From NCBI GenBank assembly GCA_963754945.1, contig CAVWIG010000033.1, positions 1 through 49,895 on the forward strand: 49,895 nt of DNA. Direction: 5' to 3'. Positions 27,138 to 36,835 of the stretch are shown one piece after another. Below the pieces are notes generated by a model. That model did not search any database. It worked only from the letters and a program-made list of their open reading frames with translations, and had not been told where the DNA came from. Origin of the DNA: Methanotrichaceae archaeon. Its GTDB lineage: Archaea; Halobacteriota; Methanosarcinia; Methanotrichales; Methanotrichaceae. The position numbers and the translations under genes are program-made. Position 1 is the first letter of the stretch, and every line of letters starts with the position of its first letter.

Positions 27138-30100
27138 TCCAATAAGCCTATTTCAATGAAGACCAAACGCCCATAAGCCTCAGGACGGGGCTCATACGTG
27201 GCGGATGAAAATCGGAAAGTATCGACATCATGAGTTTCGATTTACATGGGAAAATAGTTTCAAAACTATATTTCAGCTACTTTGTAGCATTTATCATTGA
27301 TTCAAATACGTTGAGGGAGATTGAATAATAATGCTAATTCTCGGAAACCAATCTCAGCCGCTTTGAAACCAGTTCAATATCATCTGACCCCCTATTCTAA
27401 GAAATATGGCAATGGGAAGTTAATTTTCGATGCAAAATGAAAAATGGGGCCAACGGGGGCGCATGCCAGAGCTTCAGTTAATTAAAGGTTATAAGCTCAG
27501 GCGCCTTCCCCCAGAAGTACCTATATACTGCGCTAGGCCTCCACTTATTCTCGGTGCCTTCTTTCGCCACCCTGTAAAAACCGAAGTCTCCATAGGACCT
27601 GTCTCCAAGATCATTGAACCCAATCATCCCAGAGAAACCGAATGTGTTTCTTGAGGCCTTCGGGAAAGCATCTGCAACGCCTGAGGCGTTCCACCCCTGG
27701 TTCATGTAGGCATAGACGTACATCCATAGGGCGTCGTACGCTGCGATACTGTGTGTGGTAGGTCTAGATCCCAGGACCTTTTCCATATCTTTCATGAAGA
27801 CATCGAGGTATACTAGGTCGACTTCTGCCAGATCCAAGCTTGTGACCGATGCCGTAAGAGAGACATTCTCCGCAAAAGAGGCTGCCTTCGGATCATCGCT
27901 GATGACTGGGTTATTGGCCACACTGTCAGCACCAAACCACCTGACAGATGATATTGCCTTGCCATGCGCATTCTTGAGTATTTCGGCGGCCTCATCGAAG
28001 GATATCATCACGACTGCAGTTCTCTCCTTTCCAGAGAGGGCAATCGCATCTTTGGCCTCTGCTTCCAGCCTGTCAAGGGCCACTGAGAACTCGCTGGCAT
28101 TGGGACTGTAGCTCACGCCGCCCTCCACAGTTCCATTGAAGCTGTGATTGAGCGATTCATAGAGCTCTCTTCCATAAGTATCATTCCTGTATATGGGAAC
28201 TATCCTGACAATCCCCTGAGACTCTAGCATTTTAGCCAGAGCTTGCGCCTGCATTGTATCATTCAGAGACAGCCTGAAGATCCTGTCTGGAACAGCCAGG
28301 GAGGGAGCAGTGCTACTTATAGACGCAACGGTAATACCTGTGGAATCCACATAGGGCTTCGTTGCCTCTAGCTCGGCGCTTGTATATGGACCGATGAAGA
28401 AATTAATTCCCTTCTCGTGCAGCAATTTCATCATTGCAAGGGCGGTCTCCGGATCTGACCTGGTATCCTCGTATACAACATTGGTCACTAGAGCGCCAGC
28501 GAAATATCTGCCGAAGAATTTATTTATGTCTCCTTTGGCTTTCTCTAGGACGAGTTTGTCTGGAGATCCCTGGCTGCTGTATGAACCGCTCATGGGGAGC
28601 AAAGCTCCGATGGTCAGGTTCGCCGGCCTTGCATCCTGGCTTGTCTCACTCTTGAGAAGTTTATCTGTAGCCTGGTACTTCCTGAGGTGATAGGACGCGA
28701 CCAGATCCCAACAGCATCCTCCTTTTGCGGATGGAACGACCCTGTAGAAACCATAGTGGCCAAACTCTCTATCCCCAAATGCATCGAACTGCAGAGGCCC
28801 GGAGAATCCATATGTCCTGGAGGCTACTTCATAGGTGGTCTCTTTTAGATTGCTAGAGCGAGCATTCATCAGAGTGAGCCCCGCCAACCACAGCATATCA
28901 TAATCATACTGATAGCTTGGATCCGGCACCCTGCCCAGCTGTTCTATCACCTTCTCCTTCAAGTACTCCGAGACTGCATTTGAGGGTACAAAAGGATGGA
29001 ACACCACGCCAAAGTCCTCGATAGACGAGGTGAAGTTCGATGCCATAGCAAATTCTGCAGCCTTTTTATTGCTGGAGATCACATTGTTCATTGCTGTGGA
29101 ATCTGTGCCAAACCATCTTGCCTCTGGAACCTTTAGATCCGCAGCCTCTTCTAGTATCTGGCCTGCTTCGTCGAAGGATACCAGGAGAACTGCCACCTTA
29201 TTTGCGCCATGGGCTGCAGTAGCATTGCTTATCTTCGTTTTAAGAGATGCAGCTATAGAGATGGGGTCAATTTTTCCTGGAGCGTACCCTATGCCCTCGT
29301 CCACAATACCGCCATGGGCTTTGAACTCCCTGGCAAAGGTACTGTTGAAGCCTCCTCCGTAGACATCAGCCCTGAATACAGGTATGACGTACTCGATCTT
29401 CTCATCCCTCATCAGGGCTGTCAGGGCCTCGGCCTGTCTGCTATCGTTCATGTTGAACCTGAATACGGTATCGTCTATGGCCAGGTCTTCAGCAGTACTG
29501 AGCGAGGTTATTATGATGCCTTTCGATTCTGCATAAACCCTCACTGCATCCACCTCAGCGCTAGTCAGCGGTCCAATGACCATTCTAATTCCCATCTTTT
29601 GCATGGACTTCAGCTCGCTGAGCGCTGTGGCAGGATCTGACGCTGTATCCTCAATCTGCAGCTTTAGGGTGACGTTCGGATACATGGATTCAAAGTCTCT
29701 TCTGGCGACCTCTATGCTGGCATTGGCGACCTCTCCCTTGGACTGGATGTCTCCGGTCAAGGGGAGCAATGCACCTATAGTCAATATAGTCTTTCCCGAT
29801 GCTGAGCCGGTACTGCTATTGATTTCCTGGCCATTGACCTCCAGGGAGATTAACATCAATGCTATTAGCAGCATTAACGCCGACCTGGACCAGATGCATT
29901 CAGAGATCCTCATGAATTCCTCCTCCTCAATTTAATTAACTTGGTTCTTCTAAATATCTCCAAAGCATACAATTCTATGCAGGCTTATCAATATGACTAT
30001 AGTGTCCTCACGACATAGTAGCCAACTATCCTCAGATTGCGGCATAAAGAGTAGGTGTTTACCTTATGAATTGACTCGATAGCTATCGTTTTGATCAATG

Positions 30101-30257
30101 AAGGGCACACTAACAAACACCTGCTTCAGATAGCAAACAAATAGCAGCAACAGCTCGGATGGAGACCAAATCGCTTACACCTCGAAAGCGAAGAAAGCCC
30201 TACTGACCATGAATCGGCAGATGAACTCGATTCAATAAGCCCCTTTCAATGAAGACC
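27136..30257 (+). repeat. 29-bp direct repeat pair (27136-27164 and 30229-30257)
   Basis: GATCCAATAAGCCTATTTCAATGAAGACC versus GATTCAATAAGCCCCTTTCAATGAAGACC, 26/29 identical. Confidence 0.75.
27478..29913 (-). CDS. Secreted tandem type-1 periplasmic-binding-protein (LivJ-like) domain protein
   Basis: Signal peptide; two repeats of TIGALLP...EDT.SDP.TAL...IGP.TSAE...WFG.DS...YD.LW...GD R..G..GFYRV. Confidence 0.88.
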   Translation of the reverse strand: MRISECIWSRSALMLLIALMLISLEVNGQEINSSTGSASGKTILTIGALLPLTGDIQSKGEVANASIEVARRDFESMYPNVTLKLQIEDTASDPATALSELKSMQKMGIRMVIGPLTSAEVDAVRVYAESKGIIITSLSTAEDLAIDDTVFRFNMNDSRQAEALTALMRDEKIEYVIPVFRADVYGGGFNSTFAREFKAHGGIVDEGIGYAPGKIDPISIAASLKTKISNATAAHGANKVAVLLVSFDEAGQILEEAADLKVPEARWFGTDSTAMNNVISSNKKAAEFAMASNFTSSIEDFGVVFHPFVPSNAVSEYLKEKVIEQLGRVPDPSYQYDYDMLWLAGLTLMNARSSNLKETTYEVASRTYGFSGPLQFDAFGDREFGHYGFYRVVPSAKGGCCWDLVASYHLRKYQATDKLLKSETSQDARPANLTIGALLPMSGSYSSQGSPDKLVLEKAKGDINKFFGRYFAGALVTNVVYEDTRSDPETALAMMKLLHEKGINFFIGPYTSAELEATKPYVDSTGITVASISSTAPSLAVPDRIFRLSLNDTMQAQALAKMLESQGIVRIVPIYRNDTYGRELYESLNHSFNGTVEGGVSYSPNASEFSVALDRLEAEAKDAIALSGKERTAVVMISFDEAAEILKNAHGKAISSVRWFGADSVANNPVISDDPKAASFAENVSLTASVTSLDLAEVDLVYLDVFMKDMEKVLGSRPTTHSIAAYDALWMYVYAYMNQGWNASGVADAFPKASRNTFGFSGMIGFNDLGDRSYGDFGFYRVAKEGTENKWRPSAVYRYFWGKAPELITFN

Positions 30258-30505
30258 GAAAATAACATCGATCAGCACAGTCGGATTGAATTAGTCGAAT
30301 AGCTGGCAAAAAAATGCCTAGGAGATTCAGCTATTTATGGTGCGTTTTAGCCCTATCTAGTCTCGGTACGCTTTATAGGCGCCACAAAAATTCCTTTTTG
30401 ATGCTAATTTTTGCTCTTGAAAATAAGCAAAAGGAATAAATGGTATAACCTCATCCTCGGGTGGAGAAGAGGCATATTAAATGCCTTAGGAATGGAGGTT
30501 CATTG

Positions 30506-30910
30506 ATGAAAGCAATTCTCACACTCACTGTGGTTTTAGTGCTCTTTGCCGGAGTAATAACAGCGGCAGCTGCTGATGGCGTATTGGACCTCAGCACACT
30601 GAACAAAAATCCAGTTTCAACAATTGCCCTTCCGCAGTCAACGCCGACCATAAACCATGCAGCCGCCAACTATTTGGGATCGAAGACCACCAAGGAAGTT
30701 CTAGATCTGAGCACCCTGGACAAGAAGAAGGTCACCCCAACAGTCGCAGCAACGCTCATAAAGGGCCCAACTCCAGTAATCATTACCCCTAGCTTCACCA
30801 TAAGGAACAACAACGTAACGTCAGTGGCGAACGATATCATCACCCAGCCCCAGGCTGTTACAAAAAACACGACCTTATTCACTCTGCCAATAGCGATTGG
30901 TTTGCCATAA
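30506..30910 (+). CDS. Secreted Thr/Pro-rich hypothetical protein
   Basis: GGAGG RBS; signal peptide MKAILTLTVVLVLFAGVITAAAA; internal repeat VLDLSTL twice. Confidence 0.7.
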   Translation: MKAILTLTVVLVLFAGVITAAAADGVLDLSTLNKNPVSTIALPQSTPTINHAAANYLGSKTTKEVLDLSTLDKKKVTPTVAATLIKGPTPVIITPSFTIRNNNVTSVANDIITQPQAVTKNTTLFTLPIAIGLP

Positions 30911-30987
30911 AAAGGATAAATGGCTATAAACAGGATAATTAACCTAAAAGATGAGCTGGATAAGGAAATCCTATATCGGAGTTGGAT

Positions 30988-31140
30988 ATGAAGGTGGAGT
31001 TGACAGTAGACGGCAAGGCCATTCCTTTAAATGACTTTACACAAGCAATAATAGGAAACGTAGCTACAGCCATAGCCGATTCCCTCCGTGGAGTGGCGGC
31101 TGACGAGAAGGAAATAATCATCAAAGTGAATAGAGAATGA
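30988..31140 (+). CDS. 50-aa protein resembling the C-terminal extension of archaeal MobB
   Basis: MKVELTVDGKAIPLNDFTQAIIGNVATAIADSLRGVAADEKEIIIKVNRE*; GGAG RBS; not in the ORF track. Confidence 0.7.
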   Translation: MKVELTVDGKAIPLNDFTQAIIGNVATAIADSLRGVAADEKEIIIKVNRE

Positions 31141-31143
31141 ACT

Positions 31144-31623
31144 CTATTCCTTCTTACTTTTTCGGAAAGCCGAAGTTAGGTCTATGAGATAAGTTCCTTC
31201 CTTAACAGCCATGATCAGCTCCTCTCTTTCGAAGAGGGAGGGGAGGTTGAGTTCATAGGTTCCTGGCGCAGTTATCGTTATACTCTCCACTTTTCCTTCA
31301 TCTTTGGACACGAGGTCCACTTGATCTAGCGGAGACAACGACTTTATCTCTTCTTTCCGGACCCTTACCAGAGGTATGGCTTGTTGTGCGATTGCTCGTC
31401 TTTTGGCTTCTCCTATTTTGCCGTCGTTCACGATCAGCTCTGCTCTGGGAGGCATCCTTACTCCCATAGCCTTGGTTATCGTGGTCCCCGGGACCAACAC
31501 ATCCGCGTCTCCGGTGTCCTTCCTGGTAAATAGAAACTTCTTCCATCCGCAGACAGGGCAGCCCTTAAGGATGTCCTCCCCTTTGTGAAAGACGTTGTTG
31601 CACCTGGTGCATATGTGCGGCAT
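31144..31623 (-). CDS. oapC: Zn-ribbon protein (DUF2072, OapC)
   Basis: MPHICTRC...ILKGCPVCGWKKF; VESITITAPGTYELNL. Confidence 0.85.
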   Translation of the reverse strand: MPHICTRCNNVFHKGEDILKGCPVCGWKKFLFTRKDTGDADVLVPGTTITKAMGVRMPPRAELIVNDGKIGEAKRRAIAQQAIPLVRVRKEEIKSLSPLDQVDLVSKDEGKVESITITAPGTYELNLPSLFEREELIMAVKEGTYLIDLTSAFRKSKKE

Positions 31624-31986
31624 CTAATCCCCGACTGAGACCTTTGTGCTGATCTGGTACTGATCCTTCTCGATGGTCCGAAGCTGGTTGGCAGGGCCTA
31701 TGACCGTCATCCTGCCCTTCAGGCTTCTCCCGAAGATCTTGTCCAAGAACGACCCCCCCTTCTTGGAGGGGTAGCTCTCGATCTCTATACCGGAGAACTC
31801 ATCCACCCTTATCTCCGTCATGGTCATCTCTATCAGGCGCACTTCTTCATCCGATGTAAGACCGCTCTCTAAAACCACTATCTTGCCTGTCTTTACTTTA
31901 TCAAGGATGAGCCTGATCTTCTCCATCGAGGTCATCTTAGCGAGTTTCTCGCCTGAGATGAGGTCCATCTGAACTTCCCGCATCAT
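31624..31986 (-). CDS. oapB: DUF2073 protein (OapB)
   Basis: SMEKIRLILDKV...VLESGL..DEE..LIE.TM; TVIGPANQL. Confidence 0.85.
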   Translation of the reverse strand: MMREVQMDLISGEKLAKMTSMEKIRLILDKVKTGKIVVLESGLTSDEEVRLIEMTMTEIRVDEFSGIEIESYPSKKGGSFLDKIFGRSLKGRMTVIGPANQLRTIEKDQYQISTKVSVGD

Positions 31987-31987
31987 A

Positions 31988-32623
31988 TCACCCGAAATGG
32001 TTGGCTATGGCCTGGTAGAGTTCGTCTATGTTCGTTCCTTCCAGAGCGGAGACGGGCACCATGGAGTGTTGAGGGAAGGCCGCCTTGATCCGCGCGGGAG
32101 AAGCTTCTGGCAGGTCCATCTTGTTGGCCACGATTAGCAGGGGCAGCTTCCTGGCTTCCATGTTACCTATAACCGTGACGTTGACCTGGGTGTACGGGTC
32201 CGCTGTGGAGTCCATTATTAGCAGCACACCATCCAGGTCGTCCAGCCATTTGATAGCCTCTATGACTCCCTCCGTAGCTTCTTTGGCCCTCTTCTTTGCC
32301 TCGGCTTCCTCCAGCCCGAAGGCCATGAACTCCTTGAAATCGATCTTTGTCGCCATTCCAGGAGTATCTACAATGTCCAGCTGAATGCTAGAGCCGTTTG
32401 CGTTGATCTGGACCCCCTCCTTCCTGACCGCTCTTCTGGTCTCGTGGGGGATGGGCGAGACTGTTCCCATGACGCCTCCACTCCAGTCTTTGATTATTCT
32501 ATTGGCCAGGGTGGTCTTCCCAGAGTTCGGTGGTCCGTAAAGACCTATCTTCGCCCTCTTCTTCTTGAAGATCCTATTTATCCAGGTACCCAGGCTTTCT
32601 CGAAAGCCACTGAAAACACCCAT
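31988..32623 (-). CDS. oapA: Era-like GTP-binding protein (OapA)
   Basis: [31 protein letters not shown]. Confidence 0.9.
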   Translation of the reverse strand: MGVFSGFRESLGTWINRIFKKKRAKIGLYGPPNSGKTTLANRIIKDWSGGVMGTVSPIPHETRRAVRKEGVQINANGSSIQLDIVDTPGMATKIDFKEFMAFGLEEAEAKKRAKEATEGVIEAIKWLDDLDGVLLIMDSTADPYTQVNVTVIGNMEARKLPLLIVANKMDLPEASPARIKAAFPQHSMVPVSALEGTNIDELYQAIANHFG

Positions 32624-32892
32624 TTACAACCTCGATGTTGGTTAGGGCCATATCAATACTAATAATTTTCCATACTTTAATAAGATCCAGTACTGAGATT
32701 TGAAGCCATTTGCAGATGTTATAATTAAAGGGCAGATCTAAAGATCAGTATCTAACAGGCCCAGGTTGCATTCATTATAAAACCCACATGAGCCTAAAGA
32801 TCAGGACAGAGGCTCATGCACGAAAAATGAAAGTGATATCTGTTGGCACCACTTTCATGGGAAAATAGGACCTGAAGAGTGGGCATAGAGAG

Positions 32893-34011
32893 CTAGCTAG
32901 GAAAGTCATTGGAAGGACCAAATAGCTCCTGAGCAGGACATGTGCAGACGAAGCCGTCGAACTCTCTGGATCCTCTCATCTCCTTCCATATATCTTTTAG
33001 CGAACTTTCCAGGACGTTACCATAGCTTCCGCTAAGATAAGGACAGGCCCTGACAGCGCCATCCACTCCAACGTGGAGCCAGCGCCTCCCTGCCATACAC
33101 CCCAGCATCTGACCCTCGAAGTAGGTGTTGGCGAAGAACCTCGGTCCGCCTGGTGTGGAGTTGATCTTTTTGTAGAAGGATAGGATCTTCTCTCGTTCTA
33201 TCTGGGAAAGCTGCTCCTCCGGACTCTTAGGCATGCCCTCCCAAATGGAGAGCTCCTGGACTCCCAAGTCGGTTGCAAATTTGTACAGCTCGGGTATTCT
33301 GTCTACCTGGCCCGATTTTATGTGCGCTGCCATAGTAACCATGAGCCCTGCCTTTAGGGCTACCTCGATGGCTTCCACTGCCTTGGAGTGAGCCCCTGGC
33401 AGGCAACGCAGTTGGTCGTGGTACTCAGGATCGACGCTGTAGACCCCTATGAGGAGGTTATAGAGGCCTGCATCCCTTAGCTGCTCAGCCTTCAGCATCG
33501 TCAGCTCCAGGCCAGGAGTAAAGAGGTTGACGACGGCTTTTTCAGGATCGACATGCCTGATCAAATCGAGGATATCGTCCCGCATCAAAGGATCGCCCTC
33601 TGTGAAAGTTATTATGCAAGCTCCCATCTCAAGAGCCTGATCTATTACGCGGAAGATCTCCGCTTTGGAAAGCTCCCCAACACCGTCTTTTTTTACGAGG
33701 CAGTGGTCGCAATTGCAGCCACAGCTACGTGTCACCTCGATGGATACGGTCTGGGGTACCGGTCGACCCATGGCCATCTTTGCCTCGTTCAAAAGGAGTC
33801 TCTTGAACGGGCCGCTTGGAATAGGAGGCAACCAGGTCGTTGCGACAATATCGTTCTGCCGGATCAGGGCCGGCTTTTCCTCATTCAGCCTCTGATTTAT
33901 ATTCTTCAAGATCGGCTGGACCATCAGTGCCAGAGCGCCTCGGGCTTCCAGTGCCCGTCGCTCCTCATTGAAATCCACTGTCAGGGCGGCCGTCTTAAGT
34001 AGCTGGGTCAT
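32893..34011 (-). CDS. Radical SAM / SPASM-type protein
   Basis: CGCNCDHC motif, TEGDP, C-terminal CMAG...ACPY; true start MTQLL at 34011 (the track ORF over-extends antisense to argG). Confidence 0.88.
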   Translation of the reverse strand: MTQLLKTAALTVDFNEERRALEARGALALMVQPILKNINQRLNEEKPALIRQNDIVATTWLPPIPSGPFKRLLLNEAKMAMGRPVPQTVSIEVTRSCGCNCDHCLVKKDGVGELSKAEIFRVIDQALEMGACIITFTEGDPLMRDDILDLIRHVDPEKAVVNLFTPGLELTMLKAEQLRDAGLYNLLIGVYSVDPEYHDQLRCLPGAHSKAVEAIEVALKAGLMVTMAAHIKSGQVDRIPELYKFATDLGVQELSIWEGMPKSPEEQLSQIEREKILSFYKKINSTPGGPRFFANTYFEGQMLGCMAGRRWLHVGVDGAVRACPYLSGSYGNVLESSLKDIWKEMRGSREFDGFVCTCPAQELFGPSNDFPS

Positions 34012-34113
34012 TAAACCCCCATTTTTCGGAGCGGTTATAGAGTTATCGGCCAAAACCCAAAAAGAACAGATAACATTAAGACAAGTTGGTTCTTTTACGA
34101 GCGCGGTGATAGA

Positions 34114-35289
34114 GTGACTGAAGTCGTGCTGGCCTATTCGGGAGGCCTGGATACCTCTGTATGCATACCGCTCTTGAAGGAACGCTACGGCTTTGACAGA
34201 GTCGTAACCGTCCTGGTGGACGTCGGCCAACCCATTGATGATATCGAGCGCGGGAACAAGCGCGCTAAAAAACTGGCTGATGAGCATTACGTCATTGATG
34301 CCAAGAAGGAGTTCGTGGAGAGCTACTTGTTCCCGCTCATAAAGGCCAACGGCTCTTACGAGGGGTACGTCCTGGGAACGGCCATAGCCAGGCCCCTGAT
34401 TGCCAAGAAGGCGGTGGAGATTGCCGAACAAAAGGGCATAAAGAACCTCGCTCACGGCTGCACTGGCCGAGGCAACGATCAGCTCAGGTTTGAGGCGGTC
34501 TTTAGGTGCACACCATGTCGTGTCATCGCGCCCATGAGAGAACTGGACCTGGCAAGGGAGTGGGAGATCGAGTACGCGAGAGAGCACGGGATCGACGTTC
34601 CCGTCTCCAAGGAGAAACCATGGTCGATCGATGAAAACCTGTGGTCCAGGTCCATAGAGGGCGGAAAGCTGGAGGACCCTTATTTTGAGCCTCCTGAAGA
34701 GATCTACGCCTGGACCAAGAGGCCGGATGCGAACAAGCCTGCTAGGGTGATAGAGATAGGATTCGAGCAGGGCGTTCCAGTTACCCTTGACGGCACGAAG
34801 ATGGATGGGGTAGATCTGATCTGCGAGCTGAACCGGGTCGCTGGCGAACAGGGCGTGGGCAGAACGGACATGGTGGAGGACAGGGTTCTAGGGCTCAAGG
34901 CAAGGGAGAACTATGAGCATCCTGCGGCCACAGTCCTTCTGACAGCTCACAAGGATCTGGAGCATATTGTCCTGTCCCGGGCCGAGCTGCGGTTCAAGAC
35001 AGCCGTCGACGATGCCTGGTCGGAGATGGCCTACATGGGCCTCGTGGACGACCCGCTGTACTCCGACTTGAACGCCTTCATCGACCAGAGCCAGCAGAGG
35101 ATGAACGGCTCAGTCAGGATGAAGCTCTACAGCGGCTGCGCCATTCCTGTTGGCCGGAAGTCTCCGGACGCGCTGTACTCCCAGGAGATGGTCTCCTTCG
35201 ACTCCCAGACGCTGAGCCAGCGCGATGCCGAAGGATTTGCCAAGTACCACGGGTTCCAGGCTCGTCTTCTTAAAAGAAAATGCTGTTGA
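34114..35289 (+). CDS. argG: Argininosuccinate synthase
   Basis: [38 protein letters not shown]. Confidence 0.97.
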   Translation: MTEVVLAYSGGLDTSVCIPLLKERYGFDRVVTVLVDVGQPIDDIERGNKRAKKLADEHYVIDAKKEFVESYLFPLIKANGSYEGYVLGTAIARPLIAKKAVEIAEQKGIKNLAHGCTGRGNDQLRFEAVFRCTPCRVIAPMRELDLAREWEIEYAREHGIDVPVSKEKPWSIDENLWSRSIEGGKLEDPYFEPPEEIYAWTKRPDANKPARVIEIGFEQGVPVTLDGTKMDGVDLICELNRVAGEQGVGRTDMVEDRVLGLKARENYEHPAATVLLTAHKDLEHIVLSRAELRFKTAVDDAWSEMAYMGLVDDPLYSDLNAFIDQSQQRMNGSVRMKLYSGCAIPVGRKSPDALYSQEMVSFDSQTLSQRDAEGFAKYHGFQARLLKRKCC

Positions 35290-35331
35290 AAGGGCAGGAT
35301 TTATTTGACATCACGCCCTCAATAATTTAAC

Positions 35332-35709
35332 ATGGCCAGGCTCGTGATATCCGAGGACGCCAGGTCGGAAGACCTGGCTACACTCGCCATGGCGATCAAC
35401 GAGATCGTCAGGCTGCCAATTACACTTCGAAGCGCAAAGTTTCCAGGAGTCAGGGTAGAGAAGGGCAAAGTTATGGATGCCAGATACAGCGGCCCGATTT
35501 TGGAGGAGGTGCTGAAGACCGGAAGGTCGGTGCACACCATTCCGGAAAGAGGAGCCTACAGAGGAGTTCCAGTTTCAGTCGCACCAATTGTCGTAGAAGG
35601 TAAGACCGTTGCAGCCATTGGTGTCGTGGACGTCGTTGGGACCATCGACCTACCAGAGGTTTTTGGCGCTTATGCAGACGTAGTTCGACAGGTCTCTGAG
35701 AAGAAATGA
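35332..35709 (+). CDS. DUF2111 family methanogen protein
   Basis: LPITLRS..PGVRVEKG, YSGPILEEVL, G.Y.GVPV.VAPI. Confidence 0.75.
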   Translation: MARLVISEDARSEDLATLAMAINEIVRLPITLRSAKFPGVRVEKGKVMDARYSGPILEEVLKTGRSVHTIPERGAYRGVPVSVAPIVVEGKTVAAIGVVDVVGTIDLPEVFGAYADVVRQVSEKK

Positions 35710-36143
35710 AGATCAGGAGAGCCGAGCCAAGGGATCTTCCCTTCATCGTGGAGATCGAAGGGCTATGCTTTCCGAAGGAGACTGCCTTCCCAGCGGGAAT
35801 GTTTGCCAATTTGATTAAGTACTCAGTTTCCTTGGTTGCCAGCGAGTCGGAAGACAGAGTCATCGGATTCATAATTGGATACACCTCAGGTCGTAGCGGG
35901 GCAGTCTACACTCTGGATGTACATCCAATCCACAGGAAAAAGGGTGTTGGCAGCAAGCTTGTCCGGGCTATGGAGGAGGAGCTGCGGGCCCAGGGAGCTA
36001 GGGCCATTCGGCTAGAGGCTGCCCTAGAGAATCCGGGAGCGATGGAACTTTACCGCAAAGCGGGCTACCGCGAGCGTGAGCTGGTCAGGAACTACTACGG
36101 CAGGGGGAAGGACGCAGTTAGGATGTGGAAGGAGTTGAGCTAG
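35706..36143 (+). CDS. rimI: RimI-like GNAT N-acetyltransferase
   Basis: LDVHPIHRKKGVG, N..A..LY.K.GY, NYYG...DA..M. Confidence 0.85.
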   Translation: MKIRRAEPRDLPFIVEIEGLCFPKETAFPAGMFANLIKYSVSLVASESEDRVIGFIIGYTSGRSGAVYTLDVHPIHRKKGVGSKLVRAMEEELRAQGARAIRLEAALENPGAMELYRKAGYRERELVRNYYGRGKDAVRMWKELS

Positions 36144-36170
36144 AATAGGACCCCTTAAATTCACCGCAAA

Positions 36171-36191
36171 GTTTATCTAACCTCAGGTTAC
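36171..36191 (+). promoter_or_regulatory. TATA box overlapped by an HSR1/Phr-type operator
   Basis: CTAAC-CTCAG-GTTAC (36177-36191), with perfect palindrome TAACCT-C-AGGTTA, next to TTTATCTA. Confidence 0.65.
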
Positions 36192-36211
36192 TATCTAGAA
36201 GTTTATATTGA

Positions 36212-36835
36212 GTGATGATCTTGGACCCTGTCGAGCTTCTGGATATACTTGGAAACGAGAACCGTAGACGAATTCTTCAGCTCCTCTCATTCCGGCCCTT
36301 CTACTTCAACGAGATGGCAAAACGCCTGGATGTGGGGCCGAAGGCGGTTATAGACCACCTGGAGATGCTGGAGCATGCCGGCCTGATCGAATGCTACCAC
36401 GACCAGAGCCGAAGGAAGTACTTCAGGATTGCCAGAAAGACGGTGGTGGAGATAGCCGTATCACCCAACTATTATGGTGTCAGGACCTACCGATCGGAGA
36501 GCACATCGGGCACATACTCAACTGAACCCAAAGACCTCAGTGTGCTCCAGGAAGAGTTGGACCGTATCGAAGACCAGCGCAGCAGCCTGAGAAAGCAGCT
36601 TGAGGAGATCGAAGCCAAGGATATGGAGATAAAGCGCCATGCCGCCGCTGAGATCCAAATCTACGCCCATGACAATCTGGAAGCGGAGATCTTGGTTGCC
36701 CTCCTCTCCGGAGGATCAAGCACTGAATATTTGGCCGAAAGGTTAGAGATCCCTGCGGTCTTGGTGGAGGAGAGCCTGAAAGGAATGTTGTCTCGTGGAG
36801 CTGTTAAGCTCACCGGTGGGGTATGGAGCATTTGA
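36212..36835 (+). CDS. ArsR-family wHTH/coiled-coil heat-shock regulator (HSR1/Phr-like)
   Basis: [19 protein letters not shown]...[13 protein letters not shown]...RRKYF; overlaps cdc48. Confidence 0.85.
   Translation: MMILDPVELLDILGNENRRRILQLLSFRPFYFNEMAKRLDVGPKAVIDHLEMLEHAGLIECYHDQSRRKYFRIARKTVVEIAVSPNYYGVRTYRSESTSGTYSTEPKDLSVLQEELDRIEDQRSSLRKQLEEIEAKDMEIKRHAAAEIQIYAHDNLEAEILVALLSGGSSTEYLAERLEIPAVLVEESLKGMLSRGAVKLTGGVWSI

Noticed and set aside
32893-34587. 564-aa track ORF as a long radical SAM fusion
   Set aside because: The first 192 codons are antisense to argG and the intergenic region; the real gene starts at 34011
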